From the NCBI GenBank assembly GCA_016219015.1, contig JACRCL010000032.1:26588-90587 (forward strand): a DNA stretch of 64,000 nt. The letters are read 5' to 3'. The translations under genes were made by a program, and so were the position numbers. Positions 48,781-58,702 of this stretch are shown piece after piece (the first letter of the stretch is position 1; the number at the start of each line of letters is the position of its first letter). The DNA is from Deltaproteobacteria bacterium (GTDB lineage: Bacteria; Desulfobacterota; GWC2-55-46). Below the pieces are notes generated by a model that saw only the letters and a list, made by a program, of their open reading frames with translations, searched no databases and was not told the DNA's origin.

Positions 48781-51600
48781 ATGCATATTCTGGATAACCG
48801 GCTCAGGCACGCGCTGACCGGCCTTATGGCCGCGGCTGTTTTACTGTTCTCGGGGTGCGCCTCTACCGGGCCCAAGGCGGTCAACGAGCCAACCCCTGGA
48901 GAGGAAAAGACGGAAAAGGCCCAGCAGCAGGCCCCGAAAGAGGAGAACAAGGCGCCTGAGAAGACGGCGGTCGAGTACATAAACGTAGTGGGCGAGGGCG
49001 ACAGGGTCCTCATAGGCACCACGGGGTCGGTAAGGTACACGGTGTTCAAGCTCTCGGACCCTTCGAGGCTCATAGTCGACATGCCCGGCGTGAACCTTGA
49101 CAAGGTCTCGGCGAACATCTCCGTCGGCAACGACTTCCTGAACGACATCACGGCCGTGAACTACGGCGAGAACAAAGAAATAGGAAGGCTCGTCATAAAC
49201 CTCAAGGAGGGCATAGACCACGAGGTGAAATCCGGCGAGAACAGCATCCTCGTTACCCTTAGAAAGGGCGGGGCCGCCGTAGACGCTTCGGCCGCCGTCG
49301 TAAAGGCTTCAGCCTCGGCCGAGGTAAAAGAGAGCGCGCCTGTTGCGGTCGCGCAGGCGCCCGCTGAGGAGCAGACACCCGCGCCTCCGGCCGTCGAGCC
49401 AGCCCCTCCTGTCGCGCCGGCCCCCGAACAGGCCGCCCCGGAGCAGCCTGCCCTGAAACAGGCCACGAAGATCGTAAAGATAGACTCGTCGAAAGACGGG
49501 CAGAATACGGTGATAAAGATACAGGCTGACGGGGCACTGGGGAATTTCAATTCCTTTGAGCTCGACTCGCCTTCGCGCATAGTCGTTGACATCTGGGGCG
49601 TCGATAGCGCCCTCGGCAAAGACCTCGTGAAACTTAAGGGCGGTCACATAAAGGACGTTAGGGTCGGCAGCCACCCCGACAAGGCGCGCCTCGTCTTCGA
49701 CGCCGCAAAGGCGAAGCTCCCGCCCCATTCGATAGTCAAGGATAACGATACAATAACCATAACCATCGGCCCGGCGGTCATCCCTGCTGAAAAGAAGGCC
49801 CAGGCCCCGAAGGAGTCCGTTGCAAAGGCCGAGGCGCCTGCTGTGAACGCGGCCCCTAAGGAGCCCGCAAGCCCGGCGCCGCAAATGCCGGCCGAATCCG
49901 AGGCAAAGTCGAGGATAGAGTCCGTTGACTTCAGGAAAGTGGCCGGCACCGCGAGGCTCACCATCACCGGCACCGCCAAGACAGAACACGCCGTAAAGGA
50001 CTCGTCCGACGGCAAGACCCTGGTCATCGACATAAAGGACGCGGTAATCTCGAAAGAGCTGACGAGGACGCTCGACGCCTCGAAGTTGAAGACCAATGTG
50101 CTGTCGATAAGCTCGTACCAGGAGTCGACTAAAGCACCTCAGACAGTTCGAGTCCTTGTAAAGCTCGTTGACAGGACCGCGTACAACGTAACTGAAGAGA
50201 ACGGGTCCGTCGTGGTCGAGTTCGCTTCCCCGGCCGAGGCGCAGCCCGCGGAAGAGAAGGCGGCAGCCGCCAAGAAAGAAGCGCCCATAACGGTTACCGG
50301 GAAAGAGGGCGCGGGCAGGGAATACACCGGCAGGAGAATCGACCTCGACATGCTGGACGCCAACATAACGGACGTTATCAGGCTCCTGGCCGAGATAAGC
50401 AACCTTAACATCATCGCCTCTGACGACGTGAAGGGCACGATATCGCTCCGGCTCAAGAACGTCCCCTGGGACCAGGCCTTCGACATAATACTCAAGGCAA
50501 AGGACCTCGACAGCATCAGGGACGGCAACGTAGTAAGGGTCGCCCCGGCGCTTAAGATAAGGCAGGAGAAAGAGACCGCCCTCGCCTCCAGCAGGGCTCA
50601 GGAAAAATTGGAGAACCTCGAAACGGAGTTCATCCCGGTAAGCTACGCCAACGCGGACGACCTCATCCCGCACATAAAACCCGTATTGACCGAGCGCGGC
50701 AACGTAACGAGCGAGAAGAGAACGAGCACGCTCATCGTACGCGACATAAGGAAAGGGATAGAGGCGGCAAAGGAGCTTGTAAAGAGGCTCGACAAGATAA
50801 CACCCCAGGTATTGATAGAGGCCCGGATAGTCGAGGCTGAAAGCTCGTTCGCCAGGGACCTCGGCATCCAGTGGGGCGCGGACTTCCAGACCGGCGGCGA
50901 TCTCAGCACGAACACGTTCGGCAGCACCGCCACGGCCGGCCAGACCCCGCCCAACCCCTCGGTCACCCCCCCGACATTCACGGGCAGGAGCGGCGTGCAG
51001 GACTTCGCGGTAAACCTCCCGGCCGCGGGCACGGCCGGCCCGCTCGGCGCGCTCGGCTTCGTGCTCGGCAAGGCAGGGTCGAACCCGCTTATCATCGACC
51101 TCCGCCTCTCTGCCGGAGAGTCCGAAGGCAAGGTGAAGACCATATCACGCCCGAGGATAAGCACGCTCGATAACAAGGACGCGAAGATAGAGCAGGGTGA
51201 GTCGATCCCGTTCGAGACGACATCGGCCTCAGGCACGGCCACGCAGTTCGTGGACGCTAACTTAAGCCTCACCGTGACGCCGCACATCACGCCGGACGGA
51301 AGGGTGTCGATGAAGATAAAGGCGAGCAGGAACTCCATCGGCTCCTTCAGGACGTCGTCCGGCGCGCCTTCGATAAACAAGAAGGAGTCCTCCACGGAGG
51401 TGCTCGTATCGGATAACGAGACGACCGTCATAGGCGGCATAGTGATAACCGACAAGAGCGAAACCGAAAAGGGCATCCCTCTGTTGAAGGACATCCCGGT
51501 ATTGGGCTGGCTCTTCAAGAGCAAGTCGGTCTCCGACAAGCAGACGGAACTCCTCATATTCATAACGCCGACAATCATGAAGGACAAGATAGCAGGCTGA
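48781..51600 (+). CDS. pilQ: Type IV pilus secretin PilQ with N-terminal AMIN domains and a long Ala/Pro/Glu-rich linker
   Basis: ATG at 48781 after RBS aggagg gives a lipoprotein-type signal MHILDNRLRHALTGLMAAAVLLFSGCAS. The C-terminal secretin domain carries ...VIGGIVITDKSETEKGIPLLKDIPVLGWLFKSKSVSDKQTELLIFITPTIM. Confidence 0.9.
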   Translation: MHILDNRLRHALTGLMAAAVLLFSGCASTGPKAVNEPTPGEEKTEKAQQQAPKEENKAPEKTAVEYINVVGEGDRVLIGTTGSVRYTVFKLSDPSRLIVDMPGVNLDKVSANISVGNDFLNDITAVNYGENKEIGRLVINLKEGIDHEVKSGENSILVTLRKGGAAVDASAAVVKASASAEVKESAPVAVAQAPAEEQTPAPPAVEPAPPVAPAPEQAAPEQPALKQATKIVKIDSSKDGQNTVIKIQADGALGNFNSFELDSPSRIVVDIWGVDSALGKDLVKLKGGHIKDVRVGSHPDKARLVFDAAKAKLPPHSIVKDNDTITITIGPAVIPAEKKAQAPKESVAKAEAPAVNAAPKEPASPAPQMPAESEAKSRIESVDFRKVAGTARLTITGTAKTEHAVKDSSDGKTLVIDIKDAVISKELTRTLDASKLKTNVLSISSYQESTKAPQTVRVLVKLVDRTAYNVTEENGSVVVEFASPAEAQPAEEKAAAAKKEAPITVTGKEGAGREYTGRRIDLDMLDANITDVIRLLAEISNLNIIASDDVKGTISLRLKNVPWDQAFDIILKAKDLDSIRDGNVVRVAPALKIRQEKETALASSRAQEKLENLETEFIPVSYANADDLIPHIKPVLTERGNVTSEKRTSTLIVRDIRKGIEAAKELVKRLDKITPQVLIEARIVEAESSFARDLGIQWGADFQTGGDLSTNTFGSTATAGQTPPNPSVTPPTFTGRSGVQDFAVNLPAAGTAGPLGALGFVLGKAGSNPLIIDLRLSAGESEGKVKTISRPRISTLDNKDAKIEQGESIPFETTSASGTATQFVDANLSLTVTPHITPDGRVSMKIKASRNSIGSFRTSSGAPSINKKESSTEVLVSDNETTVIGGIVITDKSETEKGIPLLKDIPVLGWLFKSKSVSDKQTELLIFITPTIMKDKIAG

Positions 51601-51618
51601 TATAACGCTTCAAACTCG

Positions 51619-51653
51619 ATGCACCCCCTCTCGCGAGGGGGTGCATTTTTTTA
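51619..51653 (+). terminator. Rho-independent terminator after pilQ
   Basis: 12-bp GC-rich stem atgcaccccctc / gagggggtgcat, loop tcgc, then a run of 7 T. Confidence 0.8.
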
Positions 51654-51709
51654 TGCCTTTTTTCCAATTTATTAGTGCTTAAACAGGGATAATTTGGTAT
51701 AAAAGACTG

Positions 51710-52900
51710 ATGCTTCGATACCTTACATCAGGCGAGTCCCACGGGAAGGCCCTCATGGCGATACTCGAGGGCATGCCTTCCGGGCTTGCGATAAGCTCAT
51801 CCTTCATAAACGGGGAGCTTAAAAGGAGGCAGTCCGGCTACGGCAGGGGCGGACGGATGCGGATAGAGTCCGACCGGGCCGAAATAATCTCCGGCATAAG
51901 GGGAGGCCTGACGCTCGGCAGCCCCATAGGGCTCCTTATAAACAACCGCGACTGGGAGAACTGGAAGGACGCGATGTCGCCCGGTGCTGTAACCGGAGAT
52001 AGCAGGGCAGTGACCAGGCCCCGGCCCGGACATGCCGACCTCACCGGCGGGCTTAAATACGACCATACGGATTTGAGGAATATACTCGAACGCTCAAGCG
52101 CGCGCGAGACCGCCGCGAGGGTGGCGGTAGGCGCTGTCGCCAAAAGGCTCCTTGAAGAGTTCGGGATAGAGGTCTACAGCTGGGTCACCAACATAGGCGG
52201 CGTAGAGTGGAAGGCCTCGCACGATAAGCCAGGCAGGATTTTCGAAATGGCCGAGGCTTCGGATTTAAGGTGCCCCGACGCGAAGGCAACTGATGAGATG
52301 AAAAAAAGGATAGACCGGGCGCGCAAGGACGGAGACAGCCTCGGAGGCATATTCGAGGTCGTTGCCGTGGGCGTGCCTCCGGGGCTCGGCAGCCACGTCC
52401 AGTGGGACAGGAAGCTCGACGGCAGGCTCGCGCAGGCGCTTATGTCCATACAGGCGATAAAGGGCGTCGAGGCGGGCGTGGGGTTCAGGGCAGGGGCCCT
52501 GCCCGGCTCAAGGGTACACGACGAGATATTCTATAAGCGTGGCGGGACAAAGGTGAGGGGCTTCTGGCCGCAAACCCCGCGCTTTTTCAGAAAGACCAAT
52601 AACGCGGGCGGGATAGAGGGCGGCATGTCCAACGGGGAGCCGGTTGTCCTGAGGGCCGTTATGAAGCCGATACCGACGCTCTATAAGCCCCTCCGGTCGA
52701 TCGACATCCAGACCAAAAGGCCTTTTAAGGCGAGCGTCGAGAGGTCGGATATATGCGCCGTCCCGGCGGCCGCGGTCATAGCCGAAGGGGCAGTAGCATT
52801 CGAATTGGCTAATGCTTTCATTGATAAGTTCGGAGGAGACTCCGTCGCAGAGACAGGCCGGAACTACAGAGGGTATTTGAAGCAGATATCGGTTTATTGA
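51710..52900 (+). CDS. aroC: Chorismate synthase
   Basis: N-terminus [26 protein letters not shown], and GRSSARETA-like motif [15 protein letters not shown]. Confidence 0.93.
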   Translation: MLRYLTSGESHGKALMAILEGMPSGLAISSSFINGELKRRQSGYGRGGRMRIESDRAEIISGIRGGLTLGSPIGLLINNRDWENWKDAMSPGAVTGDSRAVTRPRPGHADLTGGLKYDHTDLRNILERSSARETAARVAVGAVAKRLLEEFGIEVYSWVTNIGGVEWKASHDKPGRIFEMAEASDLRCPDAKATDEMKKRIDRARKDGDSLGGIFEVVAVGVPPGLGSHVQWDRKLDGRLAQALMSIQAIKGVEAGVGFRAGALPGSRVHDEIFYKRGGTKVRGFWPQTPRFFRKTNNAGGIEGGMSNGEPVVLRAVMKPIPTLYKPLRSIDIQTKRPFKASVERSDICAVPAAAVIAEGAVAFELANAFIDKFGGDSVAETGRNYRGYLKQISVY

Positions 52901-52951
52901 CCTCCTTTAGTCTATTCAGCCAAATCCGGATAATAAAAGTCAGGGCTTATC

Positions 52952-53470
52952 ATGCACAATATCGTGCTCACGGGCTTTATGGGCACAGGGAAATCGACTG
53001 TCGGAAGGATACTGGCAAAGGAGCTCGATCTAAAGCCCGTTGACCTCGACGAGCTTATAGAAAAAGAGGCGGGCATGGCCGTCAAGGATATCTTCAGGGT
53101 CCACGGCGAGGCGCGCTTCAGGGAGATGGAGGCGGAGGTCATAAAAAAGCTCTCATCCGGCGCCTTCGGGCAGGGCCTCATCGTATCGACCGGCGGGGGC
53201 GCGGTCTTGAACCCACTTAACAGGGATTCTCTCAGGAAGTGGGGGACCCTCGTCTGCCTCACGGCCTCGGTCGATGAGATAATAAAAAGGGTAGGGGACA
53301 GGGGTGAAAGGCCGCTCCTTGCCACGGGCGACAAAAGGCAGGCGGTACTCAGGCTCCTGAAGGAGAGGGAGGATGCCTACAGGGACTGCGACATCGAGGT
53401 GGATACTACCTCGATAGACGCGAGGGGCGTGGCGGACAAGATAAAATCGTTCATACAAAAAAATAAGTAA
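52952..53470 (+). CDS. aroK: Shikimate kinase
   Basis: Walker A GFMGTGKSTVGRILA. 172 aa. Confidence 0.9.
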   Translation: MHNIVLTGFMGTGKSTVGRILAKELDLKPVDLDELIEKEAGMAVKDIFRVHGEARFREMEAEVIKKLSSGAFGQGLIVSTGGGAVLNPLNRDSLRKWGTLVCLTASVDEIIKRVGDRGERPLLATGDKRQAVLRLLKEREDAYRDCDIEVDTTSIDARGVADKIKSFIQKNK

Positions 53471-53509
53471 ATCAAGTTGTTTAACCGCATAATTGATAAA
53501 ATACTTTAA

Positions 53510-54607
53510 ATGAAGACCCGCAAAGTCGTTGTCGCTCTCGGCGACCGCTCATACGAGATAACCATCAAAAGGGGCGTCCTTGACGAGGCAGGCCCTCTTG
53601 TAAAGGGGCTCGGCCTTACGGGCAGGGCCGCCGTTATCTCAAACCCGCTCGTCTTCGGCCTCTACGGCGAACAGGTCCTGAAAAGTCTGAAAGGAGCTGG
53701 TTTCGACGCCGTGTCCATAACCGTCCCTGACGGCGAGGAACACAAGAACCTCAAAGAGCTATCGGCCATCTACGACTCGCTTATCGCGCATAAGATGGAG
53801 AGGTCTTCGCCTATAGTCGCGCTCGGCGGGGGCGTAATAGGGGACATGGCAGGCTTCGCGGCCGCGACTTTTTTAAGGGGCGTCCCCTGCATACAGGTCC
53901 CCACGACTCTCCTTTCACAGGTGGACAGCTCGGTCGGCGGCAAGACCGGCGTCAACCACCCCCTGGGCAAGAACCTCATCGGCTCTTTCTATCAGCCGAA
54001 GGCGGTCTTCATAGACCCGGACGTCCTAAAGACCCTCGACAAACGCGAGGTAAGGGCCGGGCTTGCGGAGGTAGTCAAATACGGCGTGATACGCGATAAA
54101 GGCTTCTTCGAGTTCCTTGAAAATAGCTCCGGGAAGCTCACGGGCCTCGGCCCTGAGATAGAAGAGGCGATAGAGCGGTCCTGCGCCATAAAGGCCGATG
54201 TCGTGGGCAAGGACGAGACCGAGACGGGGCTCCGCTCCATGCTCAACTTCGGCCACACCTTCGGCCATGCGATAGAGGCCCTTTCCGGGTACGGCAGCTT
54301 CAGGCACGGCGAGGCGGTATCCATAGGCATGGTGATGGCTTCCAGCCTCTCGGTGGCTCTCGGCCTTTGCGCCCCGTCCGTAGAAACCCGCGTAAAGGCC
54401 CTCTTCAACTCATTGGGCCTGCCCGTAGACCCTCCCCTGATACCCGTGGACAAGTGGATCGAGTCGATGAAGCTCGATAAGAAGGTTAAAGAGGGGAAAA
54501 TTCGGTTCATCCTCACTGAGGATATAGGCAGGGTAGCGCTCAGGGAGGTTAGGGAAGAAGAATTGAGGGCCTTTTTAAGGGGTTTGGGCGCCGTAGGGAA
54601 AGCATAA
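53510..54607 (+). CDS. aroB: 3-dehydroquinate synthase
   Basis: GGGVIGDMAGFAAATFLRGVPCIQVPTTLL and HTFGHAIE metal-binding motifs. Confidence 0.92.
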   Translation: MKTRKVVVALGDRSYEITIKRGVLDEAGPLVKGLGLTGRAAVISNPLVFGLYGEQVLKSLKGAGFDAVSITVPDGEEHKNLKELSAIYDSLIAHKMERSSPIVALGGGVIGDMAGFAAATFLRGVPCIQVPTTLLSQVDSSVGGKTGVNHPLGKNLIGSFYQPKAVFIDPDVLKTLDKREVRAGLAEVVKYGVIRDKGFFEFLENSSGKLTGLGPEIEEAIERSCAIKADVVGKDETETGLRSMLNFGHTFGHAIEALSGYGSFRHGEAVSIGMVMASSLSVALGLCAPSVETRVKALFNSLGLPVDPPLIPVDKWIESMKLDKKVKEGKIRFILTEDIGRVALREVREEELRAFLRGLGAVGKA

Positions 54608-54656
54608 GTTTTGCTTGACTTATCATCGATTCTTTAATAATTTAGGGCATTACCTA

Positions 54657-54869
54657 ATGGGCAATATCAAGGCCGGAGACGACATATTCTTTACCGCTAC
54701 GATGGCGGAAGTCCTCGAAAAGCAGGGGCATTTCGAGGACGCCCTCATGATATACAAGATACTCGCCGACACCACCCCCTGGGACCAGACCCTTAACTTC
54801 AAGATAGAAAGGCTGAAGGGGCTCGCCGAGAAGAGCAGGAGGAAACCGGCCCCAAGGTCAGGCTCTTGA
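54657..54869 (+). CDS. Small hypothetical protein (TPR-like single helical hairpin)
   Basis: 70 aa from the ATG at 54657 (the track ORF starts at 54615). No diagnostic motif. Kept only because it fills the gap and matches local codon usage. Confidence 0.3.
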   Translation: MGNIKAGDDIFFTATMAEVLEKQGHFEDALMIYKILADTTPWDQTLNFKIERLKGLAEKSRRKPAPRSGS

Positions 54870-54888
54870 CCCCCATGGCGGGGAGGTT

Positions 54889-55251
54889 ATGATGGCTTTC
54901 CTCGAAATCTTAAAGGACATGGTCGAAGGCGTTGGCGGCGGGGTAGCCGCTACCATCATGGGCATGGACGGCCTGTCGATACAGCACTACGCCTCCTCGT
55001 CCGATTACGACGTCGACTCCGTCGGGGTCGAGTACGGAAAGGTCATAGACGAGATAAAGCACGCGTCCACCCTCCTTAACCTCGGCGAGGTCGAGGAGGT
55101 GATGGTTTCCACCCACGGGACGGACGTCCTTTTGAGGATGGTCACCCCTGAGTACTACATAGCCTTTGTGATAGGCCACGGCGCCAACGCGGGCAGGGCA
55201 AGGTACCTGCTCCGCAGGGCCACGGCAAGGGCCAAAGAAGAGCTCAAGTAA
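54889..55251 (+). CDS. Roadblock/LC7-domain protein (MglB-like)
   Basis: RBS ggggagg. ILKDMVEGVGGGVAATIMGMDGLSI...EVMVSTHGTDVLLRMV is typical of the Roadblock/LC7 fold. Confidence 0.65.
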   Translation: MMAFLEILKDMVEGVGGGVAATIMGMDGLSIQHYASSSDYDVDSVGVEYGKVIDEIKHASTLLNLGEVEEVMVSTHGTDVLLRMVTPEYYIAFVIGHGANAGRARYLLRRATARAKEELK

Positions 55252-55274
55252 AATAGCGGCGGCAAAGGCACCTT

Positions 55275-56369
55275 ATGAGGGGGAAACCGGACGTGCCCGG
55301 CTACAAGGCAAGGCTTGACGGCGTCGGCTCGAAGATGGATGAAAAGAAGCTCGGCGCGCTTCTTGTTACCGACATAAAGAACATAAGGTATCTATCGGGG
55401 TTTACGGGCTCAAGCGCGTACATACTGTTATCAAAAGGAAAGAGGTGGTTCCTCACAGACCCGAGATACGCGACACAGGCCGGGGAAGAGGTAAAGGGCT
55501 TCAACATAAAGATATATAAAAAAAAGGCCCTCGATACGATAGCGGGGCTCATGGCCGCGCCTTCAGCGCGGCCAATAGGTTTTGAAAGCGATAATATAAG
55601 CTTTGACGCTTACGGGAAGCTCAAAAAAGGCCTGCCCGGGGCGAAACTGAAGCCCGCGCCCGGCATAATAGCGGATTTAAGGAAGAGGAAAGACCCTTTC
55701 GAGGTACGGCGCATAAGGGACTCGGTCGGGGTGCTCGACGCGGGCTTTGAAAAGGCCATGCGCCTCCTTAAGCCGGGGGCTATTGAGCGGGAAGCGGCCC
55801 TTGAGATAGAGTTCGTCTTCAAGGAAAAGGGCGCCGAGGGCCTCGCGTTCGATACGATAATAGCCTCGGGTCCCCGCGGCGCGCTCCCGCACGGCAAGGC
55901 CTCTTCCAAAAAGATAAAAAAGGGCGAGCTCGTCGTGGTGGACATGGGGGCCCTGAAAGACGGATACAACTCGGACGAGACCCGGACCTTCTCCATAGGC
56001 AGGCCTTCCACGGAACAGAGGAAGGTATACGGGGTAGTAAAAGACGCGCAGGCAAAGGCAATAGACGCGATAAGGCCGGGGGTAAAGGCGTCCGCGGTGG
56101 ACGCGGCCGCGAGAGGCCACATAAAAAAGGCGGGCTACGGTAAGTTCTTCGGCCACGGCACCGGCCACGGGGTAGGGCTTGAGATCCACGAGGGCCCCGC
56201 GATAAGCCCCCTCAGCAGGGAAGTGCTCGAAGAGGGGATGGTCATAACCATAGAACCAGGGATATATCTGCCCGGCTCTTTCGGCGTGCGGATAGAGGAT
56301 ATGGCGCTTGTCACCAGGGACGGCTGCGAGGTATTGACCCGGACATCAAGGGAGCTTGTTTCTTTGTAA
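55275..56369 (+). CDS. Xaa-Pro aminopeptidase / M24B metallopeptidase
   Basis: Creatinase-like N-terminal domain (RLDGVGSKMDEKKLGALLVTD) and M24 pita-bread motifs (HGTGHGVGLEIHE, ITIEPGIY, RIED). Confidence 0.88.
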   Translation: MRGKPDVPGYKARLDGVGSKMDEKKLGALLVTDIKNIRYLSGFTGSSAYILLSKGKRWFLTDPRYATQAGEEVKGFNIKIYKKKALDTIAGLMAAPSARPIGFESDNISFDAYGKLKKGLPGAKLKPAPGIIADLRKRKDPFEVRRIRDSVGVLDAGFEKAMRLLKPGAIEREAALEIEFVFKEKGAEGLAFDTIIASGPRGALPHGKASSKKIKKGELVVVDMGALKDGYNSDETRTFSIGRPSTEQRKVYGVVKDAQAKAIDAIRPGVKASAVDAAARGHIKKAGYGKFFGHGTGHGVGLEIHEGPAISPLSREVLEEGMVITIEPGIYLPGSFGVRIEDMALVTRDGCEVLTRTSRELVSL

Positions 56370-56380
56370 TAGGAGGATAG

Positions 56381-56824
56381 ATGGACATTAAGGACATTAA
56401 AAACATATACAAGTTCCTTAAAGAGACGGACATAGTCGAGTTCGAGCTTGAGGGGCAGGACGGCAAGGTGAGGATAAAAAGGGGCGTTGCCGCCATGGAG
56501 ATGCCCGCGCCCGTGATAATGGAGAGAGAGGCCGCGAAAGAGGCGAAGAAGGAAGAGCCTGTTGAGAAGAAGCCCGAGAACGTAAAGATAATAACCTCGC
56601 CCATGGTAGGCACGTTCTACAGGTCGCCCTCCCCGGAGGCCCAGTCCTTCATCGAGCTCGGCTCCATAGTCAAGACCGGGCAGACGATGTGCATAATAGA
56701 GGCGATGAAGCTCATGAATGAGGTCGAGAGCGAGTATAACGGCAAGGTGATTTCCGTCCTCGTCGAGAACGGCCAGCCTGTCGAGTACGGCGAGCCGCTC
56801 TTCCACATAGAGGTCTCGAAGTAG
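56381..56824 (+). CDS. accB: Acetyl-CoA carboxylase biotin carboxyl carrier protein
   Basis: Biotinylation motif [10 protein letters not shown] and a lipoyl/biotinyl C-terminal domain. Confidence 0.92.
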   Translation: MDIKDIKNIYKFLKETDIVEFELEGQDGKVRIKRGVAAMEMPAPVIMEREAAKEAKKEEPVEKKPENVKIITSPMVGTFYRSPSPEAQSFIELGSIVKTGQTMCIIEAMKLMNEVESEYNGKVISVLVENGQPVEYGEPLFHIEVSK

Positions 56825-56898
56825 AGATAATAAATATCGGTTCCCGGCCTTGACGCCTTTCCAACCGGTCCCCGGCCGCAATCCCAAGCAAAGAAAGG

Positions 56899-57032
56899 AA
56901 GCCTCTAAAAATAAAAATTAGGAATTTTTTCTGAAGTCAAGGAAGGGCGGAAATAAAAAGCGCAGCATTTGTCCATTTTTATTTTCGGCCTGACGCAGAG
57001 GTCAGGGAAAAGAACAATTTTTAGAGGTAGCC
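56899..57032. repeat. Family-C MITE-like element, long form (copy C2)
   Basis: gcctctaaaaa...gaattttttctgaagtca[60-nt insert]gaggtcagggaaaagaacaatttttagaggtagcc. It ends 6 nt before the accC ATG. Confidence 0.7.
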
Positions 57033-57038
57033 GAAAAT

Positions 57039-58373
57039 ATGTTCAACAAGATACTAATAGCCAACAGGGGCGAGATCGCCATAAGGGTAATAAGGGCGTG
57101 CAAGGAGATGGGCATAAGGACGCTGGCGGTGTATTCCGAGGCGGACAGGGAGGCCCTGCACACGAGGTTCGCGGACGGCGCCATCTGCATCGGCCCGGCC
57201 AAGAGCGCCGACAGCTACCTGAACGTCACCTCGCTCATAAGCTCGATGGAGGTCGCGGACGCCGAGGCCGTGCACCCCGGCTACGGTTTTCTTTCCGAGA
57301 ACGCGAGCTTCGCCGAGGCCTGCGAGAAATGCGGCATAAAGTTCATAGGCCCGACGTCCGCCACCATGCGCCTTATGGGCAACAAGGTACAGGCCAAGAA
57401 GACGGCCGAGGAGCTCAAGGTCCCGGTCCTGCCGTGGTCGAACAGGGCGCTTAGCGACGAGAAGGAGGCGATAGAGGTCTCCAAGAAGATAGGCTTCCCG
57501 GTGCTCATCAAGGCGGCGAGCGGCGGGGGCGGCAGGGGCATGAAGCTCGTCCATACGCAGGCGAGCCTCGCCAGCGCCTTCAACATGGCGAAGACCGAGG
57601 CGATCGCGGCCTTCGGCGACGGGGAGGTCTTCATCGAAAGGTTCTGCGAGCTGCCGCGCCATATAGAGATACAGATAGTGGCCGACGAGCACGGCAACGT
57701 CATACACCTGGGCGAGCGCGAATGCTCCATCCAGAGGAGGCACCAGAAGATACTCGAGGAATCCCCCTCCCCGCAGGTCGACAAGCGCCTCCGGCATAAG
57801 ATGGGAGAGGCGGCCGTAAAGCTCGCCAAGGGGATAAACTACACGAACGTCGGCACGGTGGAGTTCCTGCTCGACAAGGACAAGAACTTCTACTTCATGG
57901 AGATGAACACGAGGGTCCAGGTGGAGCACCCCGTAACCGAGATGGTCACCGGCGTGGACCTCGTTAAGGAGCAGATAAGGATAGCGGCCGGACAGAAGCT
58001 AAGACTCAAGCAGAAGAACGTCGAGTTCAAGGGGCACAGCATAGAATGCAGGATAAACGCCGAAGACCCGAGGACATTCATGCCGTCGCCGGGCAAAATA
58101 ACCGAGCTCGTCTTCCCGGGCGGGCCCGGCGTAAGGATTGACGCGGCCATTTATTGCGGCTACAACGTCCCGCCCTACTACGACAACCTCCTTGCGAAGC
58201 TCATAGTCCATGCCGAGACAAGGGCGGACGCCATCATACGCATGACCAGGGCGCTCGAGGAGTTCCACATAGGGGGGATAAAGACCAATATACCCCTGCA
58301 CCTCAAGATAATGAAGGACCACGACTTCATAGCCGGCAAGACGGACATAGACTTCCTTTCAAGGTTTACTTAA
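57039..58373 (+). CDS. accC: Acetyl-CoA carboxylase biotin carboxylase subunit
   Basis: [26 protein letters not shown], an ATP-grasp domain and C-terminal [14 protein letters not shown]. Confidence 0.96.
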   Translation: MFNKILIANRGEIAIRVIRACKEMGIRTLAVYSEADREALHTRFADGAICIGPAKSADSYLNVTSLISSMEVADAEAVHPGYGFLSENASFAEACEKCGIKFIGPTSATMRLMGNKVQAKKTAEELKVPVLPWSNRALSDEKEAIEVSKKIGFPVLIKAASGGGGRGMKLVHTQASLASAFNMAKTEAIAAFGDGEVFIERFCELPRHIEIQIVADEHGNVIHLGERECSIQRRHQKILEESPSPQVDKRLRHKMGEAAVKLAKGINYTNVGTVEFLLDKDKNFYFMEMNTRVQVEHPVTEMVTGVDLVKEQIRIAAGQKLRLKQKNVEFKGHSIECRINAEDPRTFMPSPGKITELVFPGGPGVRIDAAIYCGYNVPPYYDNLLAKLIVHAETRADAIIRMTRALEEFHIGGIKTNIPLHLKIMKDHDFIAGKTDIDFLSRFT

Positions 58374-58374
58374 G

Positions 58375-58501
58375 GCTACCCCTAAAAATTGTTTTTTTTC
58401 CTGACCTCTGCGTAGGGAAAATAAAAATGGGCATTTGCTCCGCTTTTTATTTTCGCCCTTCCTTGACTTCAGAAAAAATTCCTTTTTTTTTAGAGGCAGC
58501 C
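58375..58501. repeat. Family-C MITE-like element, long form (copy C3), inverted relative to C2
   Basis: It starts 2 nt after the accC stop (58373). It is the reverse complement of C2 at high identity (ggctacccctaaaaattg...tttttagaggcagcc). Confidence 0.7.
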
Positions 58502-58702
58502 TTAAAGCGGCGCACAGGTTAAACCCGCCTGAATCCCCTCTTATGGCGCCGGGCCTGTATTGAGCGGCATTCTGCCAGGAATTTTGTGTTTTTCCTTAAT
58601 ATTCCCCCATATTCCTCCGATATGTACTATAAATCGTTTTCGTGGCAAATCCCGGCGAATTAGAGTAGAATATATTGGATATTTTATTCTACGAGGTCTG
58701 TT

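Noticed and set aside
49309-50673. 454-aa minus-strand ORF inside pilQ
   Set aside because: Antisense to the secretin gene. Pilus gene order and domain structure clearly support the + frame.
57054-57929. 291-aa minus-strand ORF inside accC
   Set aside because: Shadow ORF opposite biotin carboxylase.
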